Shown here: positions 1 to 6,635 of the stretch, one piece after another
Layout: each line of letters opens with the position of its first letter
How positions within the stretch are numbered: position 1 is the first letter of the stretch
IMG/VR virus record: IMGVR_UViG_3300009431_000015
Span: 3,779 to 67,778 of that record
Reading direction: 5' to 3' (one strand)
From: a virus
DNA: 64,000 nt
Program-made: the position numbers and the translations under genes
Notes under the pieces: generated by a model
The model's database searches: none
What the model was told of the DNA's origin: nothing
Seen by the model: only the letters and a program-made list of their open reading frames with translations

Positions 1-264
1 GTATTTCCTGCAGCGCCTGGTAGTAAATATGAACATAACTCTATAGGCGGATTCACAGCTGTAGCAGAAGGCGGAGGAACTAATGCAGTACCTATTAGAG
101 TAGGGTCAGGACTCTCTGATGAACTCCGTAGAGCCGCATATCTTAATCCAAATGCATTCATCGGCAACTGGATTAAAGTAGAAGGTGGACGCATGTATAC
201 GTCAGGAAAAATAAGAACGCCAATATTTAAAGGATTCCGAACAGATAAATATAGAAATATTTAG
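1..264 (+). CDS. ATP-dependent DNA ligase, C-terminal OB domain (partial, 5' truncated)
   Basis: Frame 1 reads ...GSKYEHNSIGGF...VGSGLSDELRR...FIGNWIKVEG...SGKIRTPIFKGFRTDKYRNI*, matching ligase OB-fold and motif VI (RxPxFxxxRxDK); TAG at 262-264. Confidence 0.85.
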   Translation, partial: VFPAAPGSKYEHNSIGGFTAVAEGGGTNAVPIRVGSGLSDELRRAAYLNPNAFIGNWIKVEGGRMYTSGKIRTPIFKGFRTDKYRNI

Positions 265-279
265 CGAAAGTAGTAATTT

Positions 280-3081
280 ATGAAAGTAGAAGAACACCAA
301 CAACGTGTATTAAAAAAGTTAGAGCGTACACCAAAACTCCTTGTTTATCATGGAACAGGCTCTGGGAAAACTTTAACAACTCTTCTTGCAGCTAAGAAAG
401 AAAAAGCTCCTCTTACGGTTATCGGTCCAGCAGCGCTTAAACATAACTTCCCGAAAGAGAGAGTTAAACATCGTTTATCTTCTCTGAAGATAAACTACCA
501 TTCGTATGCTAAACCGCCGGATCTTACAGACCCTGAAACGGTTGCCCGAATATCTAAAAGTATCGTAGCTTTCGACGAAGCCCACCGCATGGGCAGAATT
601 GAATCTAAGAGAAGCCGGTATCCAGAACTTTATAGAGGAAAGAAAGAACTCTATCTAACAGCTACTCCAATCAGGAATACCCCTGATGAACTTATTCCGA
701 TTCTTAGAGGGTTAGATATAAACGTCCCTAGAGATAGGTCTCTATTTAATAAAATTTTCGTTAGAGAAGCTAAGATTAAACCGGGTATTATAGGTCGTTT
801 GCGTGGCATTAAACCTGGAGTGAAAAAGATTCCAAAAAATTTAGAACCATTAAGACAAGCCTTAAAAGGCAAAGTAGATTACCATGCTCCTTCTAAGAAG
901 GGTTACCCTACTGTAGAAGAAGAAGTTATTAAAACTGATATGTCAAAGAGACAAATGGCTACTTATCGTATGGCTCTCAAAGGTAAACCTAATCTTGCTT
1001 ATAAAGTTAAGCATGGTATCCCGCCTAGTAAATCTGAAGCAGGTGCTATGAATGCTTTTTTATCTGCCAGTAGACAAATTAGCAATACTCCTGCGGCTTT
1101 CAATCTTTCAGCTGATACTAAAGATTCACCAAAGATTATGAAAGCTGTTAAGGAGATAAAGAAACACCATGCATCGGATCCAAATTACAGAGGTGTAACT
1201 TACTCTACATTTTTAGGTAGTGGAGTCGACGCAGTTGAAGGTGAGCTTAAGCGTTTACGAATTCCATACGCCCGGTTCACTGGCCAAACATCTAAAGAGC
1301 AGCGTAAAGCAATTATTAAGGCTTACAATACCGGTCGAGTCAAACACTTGCTCATATCGGGGTCAGGGGCCGAAGGATTAGATCTAAAAGGGACCAAATT
1401 GATGCAAATGTTAGAGCCTTATTGGAATGAGCCCAGGCTGCAACAAGTTAAAGGAAGAGCTATTAGGTTCAAAAGTCATACTCATCTCCCAAAAGGAGAA
1501 CAGAAAGTAAAGGTACAGAAGTTTATCTCGACTGTTCCTAAATCACTTTTGAATAAATTGAAGATTTCTAAGAAAAAGCTTTCAACAGATGAATATATCT
1601 CTATGCTTGCGAAGAACAAACGTGAGTTGGTTCAACCATTCCTGGGTGTTTTAAAAACAGCTAAATTAGAGGTAAAGTCAATGGAAAAATATTTTAAAAA
1701 AGAAGCAGGTGCTGAGAAGTTTTTTATTCCAGGCGGAGCAGTTGCAGGTGGAGCTATCGGAGGCATTGCTGGTTATAGAGGTTCTACTGTTAAGAAAAAA
1801 TCCAGGAAAGAAAAGATTAAAAAAGCAGTTCCTATAGCACTTGGCGGAGCTGTCATAGGCGGACTCGCCGGTTTGAGAGCTAGAGATGTCTACAGAGCTG
1901 TAAAATCTAGTAAAGAACGGTTTTCTAGTGCTGGTAGTGCTGGATGGGGCGGAGGTAGCTTCGGGGGTGATATGATACCTGGAAGAAAAGCCAAAGAAGC
2001 TTACAAATTTTTTGGGTTGAAAAGAAGTCCAAAAACAAAGAAAACTGACGTAAAAGAAGCATGGAGGAACTTTATGCGTGAGCACCATCCTGATAAAGTT
2101 GGTGATGACCCGGTAAGAACACGCCGTGCAAAAGAAGCAACTCAGCATTGGCATGAGATAAGTCGGAAAGATAAAGATTTCTTTGATAAGCTTGGTAACT
2201 TTTTTGTTAAATTATCAGCCAGATTCACTTATACAACTGATCAAAAATTAACTACCGGTGATGAACCAGCAGTACATGGAAGCTCGCCAGATGAAGTTAT
2301 AAAGAAATGCAGAAAATTAGGCATCGACCATAAGATATCAAGAATTGTTAAAGTCGCTGAGACTACTCCAGCTTATAAGAAAACAAAGAATACTCCAACA
2401 ACTCAGGCGATCATAGCTCTCGGTGAAGAATGGATTAACCGCGTTCCACCCAAAGGAGTAATCAAGGAAGTAAAGAAAACCACGTTTAATAAAATAGCTT
2501 TTAGACTTGGGCGTAGTTTGGAGAGTTCAGCTACGCGTTTCATCAGAAAAATGTATAAAAAACCTACTGAAGAAATAAAAAAGTTTAGATCATTCCAGGA
2601 ATTGGGTAAAGCAGATGTATACCCTATCCATGAAGTACGTGCAAAAGTATTCGAAACCTATTCAAGCGGTCCTAAAGGAATGTTGGCTCAATTACATGCT
2701 TTGACGAAACAAGTCCCAACTAAGAACATACCACGTAAAGCCAAACATTTAGTGTTTACTCATGAGCCAAGCGGACAAACAGCTATATTTAGAAGAGCTT
2801 CGGCTGATATAATAAAAAGTAAAAAAGACAAGAAGTTAAAAAAGGCGGATGCATTCCATCTAGTGACTATTCTTCCACACAAAAAGAAAGTTGGACCGGG
2901 GTATTGGGATCTAGAACATCAAAAATTTGTAGAAAGCATTAAAGGATATTATGGAAATAAATTAGAGTTTTTTCCAGGCGAAACTAAGATTACTGGGGAC
3001 TTAAGATATATGAAGAAAAAACAAGTTATGGAAAGAATACAAACACCAATGGCAAAAGCGGCCATGAAATTTATACATTAA
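280..3081 (+). CDS. Multidomain protein: SNF2-like helicase + glycine-rich hydrophobic hairpin + J-domain + unknown C-terminal domains
   Basis: HGTGSGKT Walker A, DEAH, TATP, GAEGLDL, EPYWN, QVKGRAIR; GGAVAGGAIGGIAG and LGGAVIGGLAG segments; HHPDK J-domain motif at 2083-2097. Confidence 0.85.
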   Translation: MKVEEHQQRVLKKLERTPKLLVYHGTGSGKTLTTLLAAKKEKAPLTVIGPAALKHNFPKERVKHRLSSLKINYHSYAKPPDLTDPETVARISKSIVAFDEAHRMGRIESKRSRYPELYRGKKELYLTATPIRNTPDELIPILRGLDINVPRDRSLFNKIFVREAKIKPGIIGRLRGIKPGVKKIPKNLEPLRQALKGKVDYHAPSKKGYPTVEEEVIKTDMSKRQMATYRMALKGKPNLAYKVKHGIPPSKSEAGAMNAFLSASRQISNTPAAFNLSADTKDSPKIMKAVKEIKKHHASDPNYRGVTYSTFLGSGVDAVEGELKRLRIPYARFTGQTSKEQRKAIIKAYNTGRVKHLLISGSGAEGLDLKGTKLMQMLEPYWNEPRLQQVKGRAIRFKSHTHLPKGEQKVKVQKFISTVPKSLLNKLKISKKKLSTDEYISMLAKNKRELVQPFLGVLKTAKLEVKSMEKYFKKEAGAEKFFIPGGAVAGGAIGGIAGYRGSTVKKKSRKEKIKKAVPIALGGAVIGGLAGLRARDVYRAVKSSKERFSSAGSAGWGGGSFGGDMIPGRKAKEAYKFFGLKRSPKTKKTDVKEAWRNFMREHHPDKVGDDPVRTRRAKEATQHWHEISRKDKDFFDKLGNFFVKLSARFTYTTDQKLTTGDEPAVHGSSPDEVIKKCRKLGIDHKISRIVKVAETTPAYKKTKNTPTTQAIIALGEEWINRVPPKGVIKEVKKTTFNKIAFRLGRSLESSATRFIRKMYKKPTEEIKKFRSFQELGKADVYPIHEVRAKVFETYSSGPKGMLAQLHALTKQVPTKNIPRKAKHLVFTHEPSGQTAIFRRASADIIKSKKDKKLKKADAFHLVTILPHKKKVGPGYWDLEHQKFVESIKGYYGNKLEFFPGETKITGDLRYMKKKQVMERIQTPMAKAAMKFIH

Positions 3082-3095
3082 TTTGAGGAAATATT

Positions 3096-3332
3096 ATGAC
3101 AAACATATGGGATTCATTTCAACGTTTTATAGATAAATTACTTGTTAATCTATCTTCCAGGGAATTTCAAGTATTTAGTACAGCTACTTTTTTACTTTGG
3201 AAAGGAACACTTGATATAAGTAATTGGGTAATAATAGCATGTGCTTATATGGGATTTAGGTTCTTTCAGAAAGTTAAAGAAAAAGAAATTGAAGCAAAGA
3301 ACGAGAATAGCAAAAATCCAGTAAGCATTTAA
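3096..3332 (+). CDS. Small two-TM membrane protein (holin-like)
   Basis: 78 aa, two hydrophobic segments, charged C-terminal tail; GAGG RBS upstream. Confidence 0.5.
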   Translation: MTNIWDSFQRFIDKLLVNLSSREFQVFSTATFLLWKGTLDISNWVIIACAYMGFRFFQKVKEKEIEAKNENSKNPVSI

Positions 3333-3341
3333 ATAACAAGG

Positions 3342-3389
3342 AACAAAAAGTAAGGAAAGTGGTATAACCATTAATTATGAATATAATTA
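3342..3389 (+). promoter_or_regulatory. Candidate phage promoter, TGGTATAA motif (copy 1)
   Basis: AACAAAAAGTAAGGAAAGTGGTATAACCATTAATTATGAATATA resembles the minus-strand sequence at 47441-47487. Confidence 0.45.
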
Positions 3390-3604
3390 TAGAACATTCA
3401 GGTACTGAAGACCATCTACAGTTAGTAGAGGGTCTTCGTAACCTCCTAGAAGACGAGCTTGGACATGATTCGGAAGAAGCCATAAAAAATATAGAACCGG
3501 CTGTTACATTATATGATCAGAAAAGGCGTACTATCGGAGTTTTTACAAAATTGCCCACCGTCCAGGAACTGGCCTTTTATATTAATATAAGTGGAGATAA
3601 TTAA
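3377..3604 (+). CDS. Hypothetical protein
   Basis: 75-aa ORF abutting the next gene. Confidence 0.55.
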   Translation: MNIIIEHSGTEDHLQLVEGLRNLLEDELGHDSEEAIKNIEPAVTLYDQKRRTIGVFTKLPTVQELAFYINISGDN

Positions 3605-3850
3605 ATGAATGACAAAAATATATTTGATACAGAGAAAGTATTAGATAAATTAGTAACTGATGCTGATCATGAGCAGCTATTTACACAACTGGTAAAAGAA
3701 GGCTCCTTTACTAAGTTTGCACAATTAGAGAATAAAGTAAATGAAGTATTTGGTGACAAACTGGATACAAATCTTGAGAAATTCGCTAATAAGCTTTCTC
3801 TTGATCGCAGAAGATTAAAAGAATTATTCACCAATACAACCAGTAAATAA
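3605..3850 (+). CDS. Hypothetical protein with K-x-A/G/S motifs
   Basis: 81 aa; GGAG RBS; VKEG, TKFA, EKFA, NKLS. Confidence 0.6.
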   Translation: MNDKNIFDTEKVLDKLVTDADHEQLFTQLVKEGSFTKFAQLENKVNEVFGDKLDTNLEKFANKLSLDRRRLKELFTNTTSK

Positions 3851-3856
3851 AATAAG

Positions 3857-3904
3857 AAACAAAAAATAAACAAAAAATAAACAAAAAATAAACAAAAAAT
3901 AAAC
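3857..3904 (+). repeat. Tandem repeat, 4 x AAACAAAAAAT (11 bp) plus partial copy
   Basis: Exact copies at 3857, 3868, 3879, 3890, ending just before the ATG at 3906. Confidence 0.95.
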
Positions 3905-3905
3905 G

Positions 3906-4052
3906 ATGGCTTTAATTAAAACAAAAAATATTAAATGCCCTTTTTGTGGCGGACATTCAGCTAGGATTAGACGAGTTAGCAGTTCAACTACTAACTATAA
4001 ACAAAGGCGCATATTTACTTGTCAGGCTTGTAAATCAGCCAGGAAGGTATAA
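3906..4052 (+). CDS. 48-aa zinc-ribbon protein (Ogr/Delta- or NrdR-N-like), not in ORF track
   Basis: MALIKTKNIKCPFCGGHSARIRRVSSSTTNYKQRRIFTCQACKSARKV*; two CxxC pairs; stop is 2 nt before the next ATG. Confidence 0.7.
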   Translation: MALIKTKNIKCPFCGGHSARIRRVSSSTTNYKQRRIFTCQACKSARKV

Positions 4053-4054
4053 AG

Positions 4055-4891
4055 ATGAAATTACCTTATATAAAATTTATAGAAACCTTGATTATTGGAA
4101 GACTTACTCCTGCTGCTGTTCAGAGACAGCTATTAGAAGTAAATATTCAATTTCCTGATGTCGGTATTTCTGAAGTACACAAACAATTGGCTAAGCTTTA
4201 TCCAGAACATTTCTCTAAAGAGAAACCACCGGTGACTCCGGAGATATTGGAAGAACTGAATATAGAGAAAATGTACGGTCATGTCTTTAATACATCTCTT
4301 GCCTCCGGGACAGTAGGAATAAAAGGGGCAATGGAAATAATGAATGATCCGTTGATGTATAGGCTAATAACCAGTATGGCAATAGCCAAAATCAACGATC
4401 AGGACATTGAATTAATAGTTAGCGGCAAATATAACTCTGATTATACCTTCGAAGACATCAAAGAATTCCTTCATTATTTCTTTAATTTAAAAGGTTGGAA
4501 AGTTAATGAGATAGAACAATATCGTAAGGCAGTTAAAGCAGAGAATCTCCGTTTTTATTACAAAATAGCACTTACCGGTGATAAAGATTATCTACTATGG
4601 AAACTTGGGGCTTCGCCGGATAAAGGATTCCCCGAGATGATTCGTGACGTCATGGTTGATTCTTACTATAACTTCAAAGACAAGTCTAAACATAATTCAG
4701 AAGATGCACAGCGCTGGGGAAGCCTTATGGTTAAGCTCAGCGATAGACTCGAGAAGCTAGAGAAAGAGACCGGGAAGAAAACTAGCCTTTTCGATGAAAT
4801 AATCTTTAAAATTAAAGCTGAACGTTCGGACGTAGAGTCGCCTGTTCATATATCAACAGTGGTTAAAGATGAACCCAAAAAAGATAATTAA
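4055..4891 (+). CDS. Hypothetical helical protein (possible terminase small subunit)
   Basis: 278-aa ORF with C-terminal coiled-coil; function suggested only by position near terL. Confidence 0.5.
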   Translation: MKLPYIKFIETLIIGRLTPAAVQRQLLEVNIQFPDVGISEVHKQLAKLYPEHFSKEKPPVTPEILEELNIEKMYGHVFNTSLASGTVGIKGAMEIMNDPLMYRLITSMAIAKINDQDIELIVSGKYNSDYTFEDIKEFLHYFFNLKGWKVNEIEQYRKAVKAENLRFYYKIALTGDKDYLLWKLGASPDKGFPEMIRDVMVDSYYNFKDKSKHNSEDAQRWGSLMVKLSDRLEKLEKETGKKTSLFDEIIFKIKAERSDVESPVHISTVVKDEPKKDN

Positions 4892-6356
4892 TTTACCTAA
4901 CGCTCTTCTGGCTTTAGGTGGTACTGCTGCTGGAGTATTTATACATTCCGGTATAAAGTCTTCTCGTCTTCCAGTATTTAAATCGCAAAAGGAGATGGAG
5001 GATGCTTTTACTAAGAAGGAACCTCTTATTGATCCAAAAGTAGAACTTCGCAAAGCTTATTTACGTAAAGCTATCAGAGAAAAAGTCCCTGTTACCTACA
5101 TCTCGAATGTTAAAGAATTCCCAAAAGGAGAGTTTAGTAAATCAGAACTTAAAGAATTAGCTGAAGCTACACAAACTGGTCATAATATATACCAGGTGCA
5201 CCGAAAAGGTCATGACTATATAGTAGGTCCGCCAAGAATTAACAAGAATGTATTTTTACACGAAGTTGGTCATACTCTCCAAACAAAACCCGATGAATTA
5301 TCTGGTTGGCCTAGAATAAAAGGAAGATTAAGTCATGCATTTAAGCCAACAAAACTTGAGCGCGATGCGTGGGAATTTGCAGAAAAACATACTAAGTTAA
5401 CTGATGAAGACAGGAAAGCATTAAATTCCTATCTTCAAGCTGAATATGGTATGAAAGCATTCGCATCAGGTCTTGTAGCGTACCCATTACTTTATATAGG
5501 AACTAAAATGAAGTTAGAAAAAAATGCTGGAATACTTGACAAACCACAAGATGTCCTTTCACCTGATATCTGGCTAAGCGCAGAAGATAAAACTCTTCCT
5601 TATTTACGTCCGGAGATTCGTGAACAAGTTCTAACCAATTTATACAAATTTGTTCCTGAAGCATCAGTTAAAGAAGTAGTTATTCTTGGTTCTATCACTG
5701 GGTACAAATATACAGAAACATCAGACATTGATGTGAATGCTCTAGTTGACCCGTACTTAGATGAATACCATTCAAAGAGGAGGGCATTTAATGAAATACC
5801 AGCTTATGGTACACGGCATCCTGTGAATTACATGATACAAGCATTGCCTAAAAGGCGAAAAAGAAATCCATGGCAGGATTCATTTTTTGGAGTTTATAGT
5901 GTATTAAAGGATACGTGGATATCACCACCGCCTCCTAGAAAGGTTTTTCGCGAACCTGGCCATGAATACAATCTCCAATTACAGATTGCAAAACATATTG
6001 CTTCTAATTTTGAACGATTACTTCTGGCATTTCGCACTGACTTTAAAGAGTTGATTAGGTTGAAAAACTTTGCAAAATTTACATATACATCCGAAAAGAA
6101 ACTGGCTATTGACAGAAAAGAAAAAGAATTGAAGGAAGACATAAAAGAATTATTGGAACTTTCGCATCATATAGAGTCTCAGAGAAAATTTGAGTATCGC
6201 TATGGTTGGGGAATTCCTAGAAAGTCATTTCGTAATATCGTTTATAAACTTGTGGAACATGGCCCATACGGTCGTGAGTTTCATATCTTACAAAGAATAA
6301 AATTAGGACAGAAGTCTATATTCGGTAGTAGGGATATGCTACGGGTTACGAAATAA
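4869..6356 (+). CDS. Fusion: zincin-like metallopeptidase domain + Pol-beta-family nucleotidyltransferase
   Basis: VFLHEVGH...LERDAW (HExxH + E) between two hydrophobic segments; then LEKNA; then ILGSITGYKYTETSDIDV (GS...DxD). Confidence 0.7.
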   Translation: MNPKKIINLPNALLALGGTAAGVFIHSGIKSSRLPVFKSQKEMEDAFTKKEPLIDPKVELRKAYLRKAIREKVPVTYISNVKEFPKGEFSKSELKELAEATQTGHNIYQVHRKGHDYIVGPPRINKNVFLHEVGHTLQTKPDELSGWPRIKGRLSHAFKPTKLERDAWEFAEKHTKLTDEDRKALNSYLQAEYGMKAFASGLVAYPLLYIGTKMKLEKNAGILDKPQDVLSPDIWLSAEDKTLPYLRPEIREQVLTNLYKFVPEASVKEVVILGSITGYKYTETSDIDVNALVDPYLDEYHSKRRAFNEIPAYGTRHPVNYMIQALPKRRKRNPWQDSFFGVYSVLKDTWISPPPPRKVFREPGHEYNLQLQIAKHIASNFERLLLAFRTDFKELIRLKNFAKFTYTSEKKLAIDRKEKELKEDIKELLELSHHIESQRKFEYRYGWGIPRKSFRNIVYKLVEHGPYGREFHILQRIKLGQKSIFGSRDMLRVTK

Positions 6357-6374
6357 AATTAACCAAATATTGTT

Positions 6375-6635
6375 ATGACTAACGCAGTAGTAGAAGTACA
6401 GAATAACAACATCAATGTAGCTTTAAAAAAATTCAAGAAAAAGATTGAACGCATTGGTTTAATGGATGAACTCAAAAGGCGCTCTTACCATATGAAGCCA
6501 TCAGATGCAAGAAAGGAAAAAAGTAGAAGAGCCGTGAGTAGGAGAAAAGGCGAGAGACTTAGAGACCTCAGGGAAAAGACAAAAAGAGATGAATATGATC
6601 TATCTGAAATGAATCTACAAGGTTTTCTTAAATGA
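6375..6635 (+). CDS. rpsU: Ribosomal protein bS21
   Basis: NINVALKKFKKKIERIGLMDELKRRSYHMKPSDARKEKSRRAVSR matches the bS21 consensus ALrrFKr...ElrrRxxYeKPS; ATGA overlap with terL. Confidence 0.9.
   Translation: MTNAVVEVQNNNINVALKKFKKKIERIGLMDELKRRSYHMKPSDARKEKSRRAVSRRKGERLRDLREKTKRDEYDLSEMNLQGFLK

Noticed and set aside
3857-3904. Repeats here and at 9409, 14297 and 19014 as CRISPR arrays
   Set aside because: They are tandem copies without unique spacers, and no cas genes are visible
3946-4158. Track ORF of 70 aa
   Set aside because: Overlaps 4055 by about 100 nt and has no motif; the 3906-4052 zinc ribbon fits the gap better
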